NCBI RefSeq assembly: GCF_036321535.1
Contig: NC_087436.1
Coordinates: forward strand, 7,936,001-8,000,000
DNA length: 64,000 nt
Reading direction: 5' to 3'
Source: Camelus dromedarius
Lineage: Eukaryota
The position numbers and the translations under genes were made by a program. The notes beneath the pieces are model-generated. The model made no database searches, was not told the DNA's origin, and saw nothing but the letters and a program-made list of their open reading frames with translations. Positions 1-14,242 of the stretch are shown here, piece by piece (position 1 is the first letter of the stretch; every line of letters starts with the position of its first letter).

Positions 1-1160
1 TTTAAGTTTTGTTTTCTTGTGTTTCCTTTCAAAACTTTGTCTATCTATTGTCTTTAATTTTGCATACTATTGCATGAGAAGTCTGTGGACTTCCTTATGC
101 TTACTGTTATGTAATCTATTCTGCTTTAAAAATGTTCTTTTTTAAGGTTTTATCTTCAATAATTTGATTTTGCTTTCCTATGGTGTGTTTTTCTTTATGT
201 TTCTTCTGCTAAGGATTGACTGAAGTTCTTGGATTCATGGGTTTATAGTTTTTTAAAAAATTCACATCAAAACTTTTTGGCAATTGGTACTTCTATCTCT
301 ATTTTTTTTTTCCTATTTTCCCCATTTTCTTTTCATCGTTTTTGCTGCTCTCTGTTTTATTTAACTCGTTCTACTTATTTTGTGTTTTCTTTCTTTTCTT
401 TTATCTACTTGTTAAGGTAGAAACTTATCTTGCTGATTTTTAGATGTTTTCAAAATTTCTTAATGGAAATATTTAAAGTTATCAATTTATTTCTAAGTAC
501 CACCTTCACAGCATCCCACATGAGTTGCTATGTTGATATGTTACCTTACAATGTCAGCTCTCTGATAGCTTCAAGAAAGTTATGGCTCTGTAGTTTGTGT
601 GGCTCTCATCCTTGTTTTGATGGGAGTTATATTCTTTCAAGATTTCTGTATTTTAGATGAAAGTGGACACTGTGTTATTTCTATTCTTTCAAATGATTTG
701 AAGCTTGAACTATGACTGGCTATGTTGTTTTTAAGGTGAAAATATCATGTACCCTAGAATGGTCTTTCCCCAGTTGTTGAGTGTAGCTACTAATTATCGA
801 TTTGGTAGTACTTGACAGTGTTCTTCTGTGTCCTTTTAGATTTTGTCTAGTTCTACCAAGTACCAGGAAGAGGCAGAGATAAGATCTCCAACTGTGTTTA
901 TAGATGTCTCTCTCTTTCTCCTGTTAATTCTATGATTTTTCCCCTTGAAATTTGCTGTTATTAGACACACACAATTAACTTCATTGTCTTCATAATGGAC
1001 TGACCTGTTGTTTTTATAAAATATCTGTTATCTCAGGTGATGTTTATTTTAATATAATTGTTCTGTTTTTAAAATGGTCATCATAACCCTAGTATTTACA
1101 TGGTATAACAACTCCACACATCCTATCTGTATTTTTATATGTAAAATGAATCTGTAGATA
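1..1160 (-). mobile_element. Old, fragmented LINE-1 (L1M/L1ME-like ORF1 and ORF2 remnants)
   Basis: T-rich antisense L1 phrases such as 'tttatgtttcttctgctaagg...gaagttcttggattc' and 'tttcctctaagtacc...gcatcccaca'-like text. No intact ORF; boundaries approximate. Confidence 0.6.
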
Positions 1161-3004
1161 ACAAGTGTTTGGTTAACAAAAAACATGTTACAGTTATGAA
1201 TTTATTGAAGTTTTAATTTATTCCTAAATTCACTATGTATTTATTTTTAACTTTATAAAAAGAATAGTATGTATAAGTACTCTTTTCCATTTTTTACCTA
1301 TATTTATATTATAAAAGTTGATGCATTTGTGTTAATATCAACATTTAAACTCATTATTATTGATATATAATATTCCATTGTATGAATATATTCACTCACA
1401 CTCTCTTTGAATGCATTCAGAGGTGTTTCTAACTTTTAGTGCAATGAAAAGTTCTGTACTTTAAGAACTTGCCAAATATCACATGATTATTAACCAACTT
1501 AATTTGGATTAGAACTCATATTGATTTTTTTTCCATTATCCTCAATAAATATTGTTTTCACTATTATGAGGATTTATAACAACTTCAGAAAAATCTTTTA
1601 ACATTTAATACTTTATTCACTGTAGTTTTTATATTAATGTATAATGATCTGTAAACAGAAACATATTTAAACAACTGATGTCTATTTTTGCATATTTATA
1701 AATACATGTTTTTGCAGAAATTTGTAAATAATATTTCTTTATTTTCAAATCTAATTTTAGAAATTTGAATTTCATATAGTTCCCATACTTTATTTCTAAT
1801 AATTTCCTACAGCTTGTTGTGAAATTAATGTTTCATGATTGCCCGGGAGACTATAAAAATCAAAATATAAAAATTGTTTGGAAAATAAAACATAGCTTTT
1901 TAAAACTTCAGTAAAGCTAGTATAAGATACAGATTTAGAAGTCTGCTTTATTTATTCACTAGATAAGTCCACACTTATTAAAATCATTTGGAATAACAAA
2001 ACAATTCAGAAATCTGTTTGATACCATAGACAAGCATTTTCTCTCATGATTAGTGATTTACATAAACCACTGCAAAACATATAAAAATGATTTTGCTGTG
2101 CAAACAAGATAACATGTTATATTTAAACAAGCTATAATCTTGTACAATTTCCATTGTATGCTTAATATTAATATAAAGATTAACTATTCGTGAAATGTAA
2201 TGAAAAGTCATACTTTTCCTACTGAACTTCAGTGATCATAATTTGTGTATTAACTTAATGACCAGAAATGATTAAGTAAAGCTATTTAAATCATAGTCTT
2301 GTTATGTATTATTTTCTGATTGGATGTTCAAGATAAAAATCCCAAGGTCCATGAAAGCCATTTTCAGTTTTGCAAGACAACTAATATTTTGAAACAATAG
2401 ATTTGCCTTTTTTATATTAAGAAGAAACTTCAAAATAACTAAATCTCAAATTGTAATAGTTGTGGGTTAGATATGCACCTGCTTATGGTTGTACCAAATT
2501 ATTTCTAACTATTGTGGTTAGGAATATGCTTGAATCTGCTGAGCAAGTCAATTCAGTTCTTAAATTCATTGATTGTGCTCAGAGAGCATACAAGGTATCT
2601 ACATTATATTAATAGTACAGTACGTTAATATTAAAATAATACAAGTTTAATATTTAGTCAACGATTAAATATTTTCTGCTAATTATCTGGACTCCCTTTC
2701 TCAAGTATACCCATTCTGAATTTTGGGAAACTTTGCGTTATGATTTTCTATTAGTTCTTAATATGAGCCCTTTATGTATTGCTTTAAGAAGTACTTCCCA
2801 TACGAATTCCTGATTTTATGTTCTTTCTCTGGAAATTAACCTGGGGTACTTCCTTGGAGCCCTTCCCTTCCCTCTGTTAGGTATCTGTCAGTGCCAGGGC
2901 TTCTCTCTCACCTGTTCACTCTAAAACATTTTCTGCATTTAGTGTTGCATCCTTCATTTAGATCCCTAGAATGACTATCAAGATCTCATCTTACAGCAGA
3001 CAGC

Positions 3005-3728
3005 AGGGAAGTTCCTTAAAAAATTAAAAATACAATTCCCATGTGATCCAGAGCAACCACAGTTCTGGGCGTATATCCAAAGGAGGTGAACGGGATCTGG
3101 AAGAGGTATGTGTGATTTCATGTTCATTGCATCGTTATTCACAATAGGTAAAATGTGGGAACAAAGCTAAGTGTCCTTCACTGATGAATGAATAAAGAAA
3201 TTGCAGTGTAGATATAAGCAATGGAATATTATTTAGCCACAAGAAAGAAGAAAATTTTACCATATGTGACAACATGAATGGAGCTTGAGGGCAGCATGTT
3301 AAAAGAAATAAATCAGACACAGAAAGACAAATACTCTGTGATACCACTTATACGAGAAATCTAAAAAAAATTCATCTCATACAGAGTTGAAGGGTGATTA
3401 CCAGAGACTGCAAAATGAATAAAATGGGGAGATGTTAGTCAAAATATACAAACTTCCCATTATAAGAAACAAATTCTGGAGATCTAGTGTACAAGCATGA
3501 TGGTTACAGTTAACAATACTGTATTATATACTTGAAAGTTGTTAAGAGAGTAAAATTTAAATGTTCTCATCACAAAAAAGAAATGATAATCACATGACAC
3601 ATGAAGGTATTAGCTAATGCTAGAGTGATAGTCATTTTGCAATATTTCAATGTATTAAATCAGCAGATTTTACACTTAAATTTGCTTAATAGTATATGTC
3701 AATTATATTTCAATAAAGCTGAGGAAAA
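3005..3728 (+). mobile_element. LINE-1 3' end (ORF2 C-terminus and 3' UTR, L1MA9/10-like)
   Basis: 'catgttcattgcatcgttattcacaata', 'caatggaatattatttagccac', 'aatactgtattatatacttgaaagttg', ending in 'tcaataaagctgagg' plus an A-rich tail. Confidence 0.88.
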
Positions 3729-4094
3729 ATGAAAATAAAATATATTTTTATGTTGTATACTTTTCCAGCATGCCACTAATGTTTCTACAGGTGTTTCTGC
3801 AGCTTAATCAGATAGGTAGATTTATAATATATTATAATGATTATTATAACTACATATATAATTATATACGTAGTTTTAGTTTTATTTTAATTTGATTTAC
3901 TTTCCCATTAATCTAATTTTATTAAAACTAGCTCTTTTTGATTCCCCAAAGAAACCTAATTTTTATATAAATGTTATTTTGGGAACAAGACTTTTAAATC
4001 CTTTGTACTTGGAATAGTTTATTGAGTCATTTTTCTACTTCAGACTCCACCAAATGACATATTCTCTGTTTAACCAAGTCCATTAGTATATGCA

Positions 4095-7000
4095 TTCAAT
4101 GCTTTAAGTTACCCTCTAAACAATCCTCTTTTGCTGTATCGCATCACATTTGATAAGTTGCATTTTCACTTTGATTTAGCTGCAAATATTTAAAAATTTC
4201 TGTTGAGACTTCTTTGATCTGAATGTTTTTCTCATGTTGCTTAATCTCCAAATATCTGGGAATTTTCCAGCTGCTTTTGTTACTGATTTCTAGTTTAATT
4301 CCATTGTCATCTGAGGACATTTTGCATGATTTCTATTCTTTTATTTTTCTTAAGGTGCATTTTACGGCCTAGAATGTGGTCTTTGTTGGTGAATGTTCCA
4401 TGTGATCCTGAGAACATCATGTACCCTGCTGTTGATGGCTGAAGTATTCCATAAACACCAATTAGAGTCACTTGACTGAAGACAGCTTAGGTCTGCTATG
4501 TGCTTACTGATTTTCTGCCTGCTTAACTATCCGTTCCTCAATGGAGGTCCTAGGCCTGAGTGTTTGTCTATGTCTGTCTGTAGTTCTTACCAGTTTTTGC
4601 GCCACACATTTTGATGCTCTGCTGGTTAAGGATTATCACACCTTTTCGGAGAATTAGCCACTTTTTGATTATGTAATACTTCCCTCTACTTGATAATTTT
4701 CCTTTTCCCAAAGTCAGCTTTTTTGAAATCAACATAGCCTTTTTTTTTTTTGATTGATGCTAACAAGGCATATCTTTCGTAATTTCTTTACTTTTAACCC
4801 CTCTGTGTCATTATACTTAAAGTCTATTTCTTGTAGGAAAAAATGTAGTTACATACAGATTTTTTTTAATATATTTTTCCAGTCTCTGTCTGTTATATAT
4901 AAATTATTACTATAGTTGACCTAAAACTTAACATCTCTGTAATGATTTATTTTTATTCATTGCACCTGTTTTTTTTTTTTTCTTCACTCTTTTTCTGTCC
5001 TTTCTAGTTTCAGCCATGCTTTTTATATGGTTACATTTTATTTTCTCTTTTAGCATGTCAATAATTCTTCTTTAAAAATGTTTTTAGTGGTTGCCCTAGA
5101 GTGAGCAGTATGTATGTATAATTAATGTAAGTTTACTCACAAATAATACTTTAAACTTCAAGAATAGTTCGGGTACTTTATAAGGTAGTATTTCTAATTC
5201 GTCCCTCGCATCCCTTATAACATCGCTGTCATTCATTTCATATCTACACATGATGTAATCACACAACATAATGCTACTGTCATGACTTTGAGCAGATATC
5301 ATTTACATTAAAATCAAAACAAGAAAATATTTTATTTCACTTTATTTCTTCTCTGATATTCTATCGATCTTAGTTTCTGATATATATCATTTTTGTTCTC
5401 ATTGAAGATATTCTCCCAACATTTTTTGCATAAAAAGAAATTTGAAAAATGAAACTGGTGTTTAACGCTTTCAGTTTTTCTTTGTCTGTTACAGGCTATT
5501 TTCCTTCACATTGAAAGATAATTTTGCTGGAAACAGAATTCCAGGCTGCTTACATGGCTTCTAAAAAAGATAAATCTGATATAATTCTTATCCTTGTTCC
5601 TCCTTATCTAAGGGATTTTTTTTCTTCACGTTGCTTTCAAGATTTTTGTCTTTTTCTTCACAGTTTGACTATGATATGCGTAGGTGTAGGTCTTTTGTTA
5701 TTTCCCCTGCTTGGTTGTTCTCTGGTTTTCATCTGTGGTCTGGTTTCTGGCATTAATTTTGGAGAAAGCTCAGACACTGTTACTTTAGAATTACTTCAGT
5801 ATTTCTTCTACTTTTCTGTTTCTCTTCCTCTCCTCTGTTCATCTCCCCTCCTACCTTCTCTTCCTCATCTCCTGTATTGTATTTCCACTATAATTATGCT
5901 ATTTTTTATAATTGTTCCACAGTTTTTGAATATTCTGTTCTTTTGTTTAATGTAAAGGTTATTTTTTGGTATTTCAGTTTGACTAGTTTCTGCTGACATT
6001 TCTTCAAACTCACAGAATCTTTCCTCAGAGGTGTTCAGTCTGTTGGTGAAGACATCACAGCCACCTTTCATTTCTGTTACAGTCTTTTTTTTTTTTTTTA
6101 ATTTCTAGTATTTCCTTTTGATTATTTCTTGGGATTTCTATCTCGATGTCTGTGTTGCCATTTGTTCTTGCATGCTGTCCACTTTTTCTACCAGAGTATT
6201 TAATATATTTATCTTAGTCATTTTAAATTCTCAGCCTGGTAATTCCAAAACTTGTGCTCTGAGTCTGGGTCTGATGCTTCCTGTATCTCTTCAGGCTGTA
6301 TATTTTGTTATTTTAGCGTGATTTGCAGTTTTTTGTTGAAAGCTGGAGATGGTGCATCTGGTAATGGAAACTAAGTTATTAGGTTTTTAATGTGGGGTTT
6401 CATCTTAATCTGGCTAACTGGGCTGTGTTTAAAATTTGCTGTAGCTGTAGGTGTCTGAGGCTTCAATTTCTTCTTCTCTGGTCTCCTCTCTCGTCACTGG
6501 GTTTCCCTAAGAACTCCTTATTTAACGATAGAGCATGCATTTGGAAGCTCTTTCTGCTGTAATTTATTGTTATGATAATGGAGTTCTGTCATAATGGTAA
6601 GATTTCATCTGGAGGGGAAGCATTCTATAATTCTATCACAAATCTTAATCTTCAGTGGGTCTGTGCCCTGGGCTGTGATCTTCACAAGCAATTTCTAGAA
6701 TTTTGCCTCCCCAGTGGATGAGAAAGATGGTCCAGAGGGGTTGGAATTAGTTAGGTAAGGCTCCTGTGATGTCTCTGTCCTTGTTAACTAGCTCTGTACT
6801 CTGGAGACCACTTTGGAGAATTTCAAAAGAGTCACTTTTCCTGAGGGTTTTCTTGGTTCTTCACCTGTAGGAATCGGTGGGGCTCCTGGAGGTAAGCCCA
6901 TGAAGTGTGTGTGGGGGGTCCTAAGACAGAGGATCCCAGAAAATGCTCATTTGCATTGTAGTCCACATCCTACCTCCAGCAATTAGTCACAATTACCCTC

Positions 7001-7265
7001 TAAGTGGTCCTGCTGGGTTTCGGTTCCAGAGGTTTCTACTCCAAGAAGGCTGCTCTCAGATGTAATTCTCCATAAGCATCTGCATCTCCAGATTCTGGGG
7101 GTACTGGTCTTCCCCGAGACTTAAATTCTCTGCTTAAACTCTCTGCTAAGATGAGTCATTGGGTTTCACTCTACTCAGTTCTTTTTTTTTTTTTTTTCCC
7201 ACTTGTTTTAAGGGCAAGAGTGATTGCTTCTAAGCTCTTTACATGTCTGAGCTAAAACTGGAAGA
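4095..7265 (-). mobile_element. Old LINE-1 5' half (5' UTR, ORF1, start of ORF2; L1MC/L1MD-type)
   Basis: Antisense ORF2 endonuclease-region text at 4.1-4.8 kb ('tgatttctagtttaattccattgt', 'ggtgaatgttccatgtg'). The minus ORF 5865-6071 (NRLNTSEERFCEFEEMS) resembles the ORF1p coiled coil. A typical 5'-end motif 'gctctttacatgtctgagctaaaactggaag' lies near 7.25 kb. Confidence 0.82.
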
Positions 7266-8589
7266 CATGAAATTCATTACTTTTTTTTTTCTTCCCCTTT
7301 TATCAATTCAAGACCTGGCTGTGATTGAAGTCCTACCCGTGGTCTCCAACATTCAAAATTATGGTCATATATTAAACACTAACAGGGCAGATCTGACTTG
7401 AGAGCTCATGGCTGTATCTGACTAAATATTCCTAGGCAGTCATGTGAATGCCCAGATTTAGTTAATCTTGATTCTTTCTTACTATCAAATTAGCAGCTCA
7501 AAAAAGGTGAAAAAATAATGAATTTGTGAACAGTGCAGCTAACCTAAAGCCTGTATCACTATTTATCAATTTAGAGACTCTCACATGCATTCAAATTATT
7601 CACACTGCAAAAACAGTTAAAGAACTTGCCATGTAAACCCCTCTCCCTTGACCAAGGAATGGATCTCCATCTTCACTTCTTGTATTCAAGGCTTTTTGTT
7701 TACTCTTTGCTGATTGCATCACCATTTTTTGTAATTACATTTTGACTTGCATTTATTTACAATGTTTTTGGTGTCTGTGGACCATTTATGATGAACATAA
7801 GCAGAATAATTTGTTTATTGCTCTCATTTTAATGTACCTAATATATCAGAAGTGTAAGTATGTCAAATATTCATGTCCCTAAAGATAGCACATTTATAGA
7901 GAGCACTGCTTTTATGGCTTAAAGTTACTTTGATTCAGAGGTTTTAAATGTATCAAATACGAAATAACATATTGGGAAGTCATATATATATGGAAAAGTT
8001 TCTGAGTTAATTCAGCATTAAATGTTAATATTTTAGCTAAAGGAAATAAGTTTTGTCAAGTAAGTATGGATATATCTTTTGACAAGGAGTTTGAAAAATT
8101 AGAATCACTTAATAAAAATTATATGCATTTATATTACTTGACACAGAATTTGTAAAGCATAGATTAATTCTACACATTAGCTTCCATTGTCTAAAGAAAC
8201 ATATTACTTTGGTTCCCCATTATTGTATGATACATCTTTGTCATAAAATAATACTACAACATATTTTCTACAAATGAAGCCCTATAGTTTCAGAAATCCA
8301 ACAAAATATTAATAAAAATAAAAAATACAGTTCCTTGTGATGAAATTCTAAATCTTTAGCAAGTTACATAGTTAATATATTCCTTTGAATATACATATTA
8401 GAAGTTCCTTAATATTATTTTAAAATGTTTTAAAATACTCATACATAGTCCATATGTAGAAGAAACCATCAAAGGTTTTCATGAATTTTAAGTTGAAATA
8501 ATTGAATTTTTGCCTATTAATTAATTACAAATATTTGTCACTTTAGGGATGTTTTATAGCTTCTGATGATAATAATAAAGCAAAAAAAG

Positions 8590-8770
8590 AAAAACTGATA
8601 TGTTAGGAGCTTCATATGTATTAAATTATTTATGCTATTTGCAACTTTAGGAAATAGTCTTTATTAATCTCATTTTACAGATGACAAAGTTGTAACTTGG
8701 AGGAGTTAAATTAACTTGCTCGAAATCTCATATTTACTCACTGTAAGAAGTAAATTGTATTGGGATGTCT
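8590..8770 (-). mobile_element. MIR SINE
   Basis: MIR core in reverse: 'attaatctcattttacagatgacaaag...gagttaaattaacttgctc'. Confidence 0.75.
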
Positions 8771-10967
8771 GTGTTTCCAGTTTCCTGGAGGTCAAGTCAG
8801 GCATTGCTGTACCTGGTTTCTAAATACCATGAAATTGACATATTTGTATTATCTTAAGTGTCAATACCTTTCTTATGTTAAAGTAAAACATATCAGGGAG
8901 AGTTTGTCTGATTTTTTTTAAATATATATGTATAATTTATAAGCACTTAGAATATGTTTCCAGCAGTAGAAATCCAATGAAATAATCAAATACTAAATAA
9001 CATTATTTTTTTCTTAGAATACTAGATTAAAACAATCCTCATATTAAAGCTGTTTTTCTTTCTTCCTTTTTTCATTTCCTTACTGTTTTAAGGAAATACA
9101 ATAAAAGTAAATAGAATATAATAAAACAACGTGGGGCTTCTGAGTCAGTAATTACCCAACCTTACATTCTACGTCTGCTGCTCTACAGCTGGATAATTCA
9201 GCTATGCCAGTTATGTTTTCCATGGTCCACCTTTTTCCTCCCATCCTTGTACTAGGGCCACCATTTAGTTTACACTATTGTCTTGCGGATTAAACAAAGC
9301 AGTTAGTGAAAGCTTATTCTCTCTGCAGGGAAATTCAAAGCGCTTTGAGTGCTTATCTTTTTTCCTCCTTCTTTTGTGTCTGCTTTAGTGAAATGATTTG
9401 ATAGGAGACACTAAGTTCTATGTAGTCCATCTTGCCTTTTTTCCTACTTAAAAGAAAAATTGTAGTAAAAATAGGGAACATGACTGAATTTTATAATTTA
9501 ACAATATTTGTGTTCGTAAAAGAAAATCAAATTCTCTCATCATGGTTGGTTTTAGCATGTGGTATGACACTCATCTAGTGAAAAAGGTCATTATACAGAT
9601 AATATTTAGACACTACTTCAATTTGTTTCCATTTAAATAACACACAATTTGGGGTGCGTGTTTGTGTGTGTATGTGAACTATGTGTTCAAAGTAACTAAT
9701 CAAATGAAATTTTGAATCATTTTGTTGTGCCACATAGAATAATGAGGTATGTAAGCATGATTATGGTTCAAATAATACAGCATAATTGAAGAAATTGAGC
9801 TCCATGGACAAGACCCAGGAGAACAGCAGTCTTGTAACCACCATTTCAGCAAAGTCTAATTAACTCTCCTACCAAAGACCAAGTGACTGGGAATACACAA
9901 ACAATAAAATGACCATGAATTATCCTGCCAGGAATGTTTCATTATCCTCAAGGAATGCCAGACCCAGAGCTCTGTCTGATCTCCTCTGGGGTGAATATGA
10001 ATGAGACATGCTGAACAGCAAATTTATCTTCAAAATGCTGGGTTGCTAAAATTACTTCCTAAATATAATACAAGTAGATACTGGAAATTTTTGATTTAGT
10101 GAGTTGTGAAATTTGGTAGCTATTATTTTCTTCTTAATTTTCTATTAGTGAGGGCTCTATTCATCATATATAATTTTGGAAACTGGACTCTACTTACCTA
10201 TTATAATCATTTAATGTATTTGACCCACAATTTTATTCCTTACATGTATTTCTAGCCTCTAAAAGAAGTTACCTTATTTGAGAATGTATATATTTCTTAA
10301 CCAAGCAAATGCCATTGAAAAAATCTGTTTAATTTATCACTGAAATTCCCCTGATGTAATCTCTCTTTTTCTTTTACTCTCTGCCTCTATTTTTCTCTCT
10401 TCTTAATCTTAATCTCTTTAAGATGAGTATCTATTTCTATAATATTTCTTAAATATTAAAATACATAACTGACTTTAATGATCTCCACCTGCTTCTAGAA
10501 AACTTCTGCTACTTCTATATTCACCCAAACTACTTCATGCTCCTGGTCCTGGTGTAGACACTGGCATTAGAGCCCAGTAACCACAAACACAGCTATCAAA
10601 ATTTGTTTGCCAGACACCACTGCTGCAGGGAGATGCACACCTAAATCCTGAGCCATTTCACCTCATTCACTGATGCTGTATTTCATCAGAACTCTAATTA
10701 CAAGAGAGGATAGAAATGTGTTTTTTTCCTTCCAGTCACTGCTATACCAGGAGGGAATAGAATGGAAGTGACTGGGGGTTAGAGAAACAAGCAACACCTA
10801 TTGCCTGTGTTCCTAATACCCACCCTTTCTTTACTACAATGTTTAATACGTTTCATGTAAAGTTCATAGCTGAAGTTAGTTTTTTAGCTCAGTTTGACTT
10901 TTTTTTTCCATTTAGTAAGAAAATTAGTTTTTCATTTGGGGAACACTATGGTAAATTGACATTCTTT

Positions 10968-11347
10968 CATGGTATATTTATGCAATGGAATACTACTCAG
11001 CCATAGAAAAAGAATAAAATAATGCCATTTGCAGCAACATAGATGGACCTGGACATTGTCATTTTAAGTGAAGTCATTCAGAAAAAGAAAGACAAATATC
11101 ATATTGTATCATTTATATGTATAATCTAAAAAATGATACAACTGACCTTATTTAAAAAAAAAAAAAACAGAAACACAGTTACAGACACAGAAAACAAACT
11201 TGTGATTACCAAGAGGGAGAATCAGAAGTTTGAAATTAACAGATACACATTACTATATGTGAAATAGATAAACAACAAGGACCTGTTGTATAGCAGAGGG
11301 AATTATAATAAATATCTTGAAATAATCTATAATGGAAAAAAATCTGA

Positions 11348-11384
<37 letters not shown>

Positions 11385-11495
11385 CACACACATGCATATA
11401 TATATAAATATAACTGAATCACTTTGCTCTACACCTGAAACTAACTCAACATTGTAAATCAACTATACTTCAATTAAAAATAATACAAAAAGAAA
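10968..11495 (+). mobile_element. Cetartiodactyl-type LINE-1 3' end
   Basis: 'caatggaatactactcagccata', 'gatagataaacaacaaggacct'-like text and 'ataactgaatcactttgct...cattgtaaatcaactatacttcaat' followed by an A tail. Confidence 0.92.
11352..11412. repeat. (TA)n/(CA)n microsatellite inside the L1 3' UTR
   Basis: Directly visible dinucleotide run. Confidence 0.9.
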
Positions 11496-13914
11496 TAAAG
11501 GGAGAAGTCAAGTCTTGAGATCTTCTTAATAAATGTTATTTCCAGTGATATGGAAGTTAATGTATGGCCCTGTCAGAAGGTTGCTGAGGTCGATTAGATA
11601 TTGAATAATTTGGTTTAGAGGGAATTATCAAGAAAACTTTTTGTAAAAATGTTTTGTAAATTGTAAGATAAAATAAAAATATAAAACAATATTTAATCTC
11701 CTTTCCCTTCTTCCTTTTTTGCTTTTTTTATCTTTTCTGTGTTCTAATCCTATTAACATTATTATTATTTAATTGTTGCATTGTCAGAGTAAAATAACAA
11801 TACTGATATTTAATTGTCACTATTACTTGCAGTGTGTTCGCTGATAGTTTAACATTTACTAAATATTACAGGGGTTTTGAAAATACCTTATAAACATATC
11901 ATAGGACACAAAATACAAGTATGACTATGAAATAGCAACTTCAGTATGCATTATCATTCTGACATAAATTATCACCAAAATATACAAAATGTAAACCCCA
12001 TACAAATGAAGAATATTTAATGTCATAAAATTTAAAATGAAATATTATGTAACTTTATTGTGATTCTTGAACATAAATTTCTCATTTGTATCATAATCAG
12101 ATTTGGAGCATTTATTTTACTAATTTTGTAGCTTCTGAAAAAGTTTTTAGCTCTACTCTAGATGAGTTTTGATGAAGAATTATGATCTAATAGTTATGAT
12201 CTAATAACTCTAAATACTGTCCCCTTCACTTTTTCATCTTCAAATAATACCCTATTTTGCTTGATACTTTTGAGATCTCCAAGTTCATTATGTATAGATG
12301 GATATTTCAAAGTAGGACTAATTATATCATCTTAATACCATCACATTAATTTTTAACTTAAGAAAGTCTTTATACTCAAGAAAGAATTATTCTTGTAATT
12401 CACACTTTAATATCTTTTATGCTTCCTTTTGAACATTCTGGAAATACAAGACAATGAACATTTGCTTGATACACAATTTTAATGCATCCATCTCAACTGG
12501 TAAATTTTTATGCTTTATGTATTTTGAATATATCAAAATAATGAAATTCTGTGCCAAAAATTATGGGCTCTATACAAACCACAGTGCATACTGCAGCCTG
12601 GGATTTTAAAATATATATATTACAATCATTGCATTCACTATTATGTTCATCATTGTTATTTGATATTTTTAAGAATGTTGATAAACAACAGGGTGCAGGA
12701 GATTATGACTGAGGTATACAGCCTTTTTAAAAAATGGAAAAATAGTCAAAATTCAGTTACAAAAAGATTATAAAAGAAGACAGAATTAATTTTTACTAAA
12801 ATAGACATCGATAATCTCTCTCTTCTCTGTCTATCTTCTATACAACTACCTATGTATATATTTCTCATTTTTGCACCATTTTTTTCTCAATCTTTCAGTA
12901 TAAAGCATGGGGAGACCGTAAAATTTTTATTTCTACAATTTGGTGTTGTTTAGACATATATAAAATGTATACTAGATTGCCAGTTAACTATGTGACGTTC
13001 ACAACCAGACTTGGGTTCCTTGTTCTTTGTGTCATGACACTATTGCTGCCCCTTTAAAATACAGCAACACACGAACACAAATACACACCCATGCACACAA
13101 ACATAAACTATGGCAACAGTAAAAGGGGAGAAAAATAAAATAGATGTGCTTTTGTGTTGCAGGCATATATGTAGATATGTGTGAAGTAGCTTGTCTTATA
13201 GCTTCTATTTTGTCTCAGGAAAAGGAAGCAATGCTCTCTGTGAATGGTGACTGGGTGAGCTGGAGGTTTTACAGATTGAAGATTTGAGAGGCAGTGTGGA
13301 GAATGGGACATTGATTGCAGAAATGCAGATAGATTTCCTGGTATTACTGAGAATCTATTTGAAGTGGCAGATTTTGACTTTAAATTGATCTGCTATTCAG
13401 TGTCATATGACTCTCCACAGATACCCTCAGTAGCCCAGGGCTGGATGAGAACAGAGTTAGGTCAAGGCTATTGAATATTTCTACCTTTTGAGGACCATTG
13501 CAAATAAAATATCTTAATAGAAAATCATCTGATTCAAGGTCTTCATGCCTACCTACTATTGTTCCCTCACTCTTTCCTGTTTATATTCTGTATTTAACAC
13601 CATAGCACTTTTCTCTGTGCATTGGACATATTTTTTTGTCCTTTCTTAGCTGATAAATAATGAAGCCCTTTATTCATACTTGTAGTTCAAGTGCCCAGTG
13701 CATTTCTTTACATTACATGATTACTGCTGGTTAAAAGTTGACAACCTAGAAGAAAATATTTCTGAAATTGTATCAGGATTGGTTGTGTAAAGGAATAGTT
13801 TCTCGGACCTCTGCTGGATTGCAGGGGGAAAAGGTGGAGTCAATTTGTTAATGGATCACAGTAGGAACATTTATATGAGGAACATAGTCAAGACTCTTGA
13901 TATGTCTAAAATAT

Positions 13915-14242
13915 AATAGGTGACCAATACATCTGTCACTAACCACAGGACGCTTCGGAGTCCCTGAAATGCAGTTAGTTCAAACTGAGATGTCCTTTAA
14001 AATTTAAATACAAACTAGTTTTTAAAGAATTAGTATTAAAAACTGCCGTGTATCTACTTAATATTTTATATTGATTGCCCATGAAAATGGAAATACTCAG
14101 AAATATTGAAATAACTAAAATATATTATCAAAATTAACTTCACCTGTTTCTTTTAACTCTTTGAATGTGGCTATTAGAAAATTTAAAATTACATATGAGG
14201 TTATAATTTATGGCTCACATTATATTATTGGATACCAATGTT
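13915..14242 (-). mobile_element. MER33-like hAT-Charlie non-autonomous DNA transposon
   Basis: Reverse of the MER33 consensus text: 'aaaattaacttcacctgtttctttt...aatgtggctattagaaaatttaaaattacata...ggctcacattatattattgga'. Confidence 0.8.

Noticed and set aside
5524..5955. 143-aa hydrophobic plus-strand ORF resembling a membrane protein
   Set aside because: It is the T-rich antisense strand of L1 ORF1.
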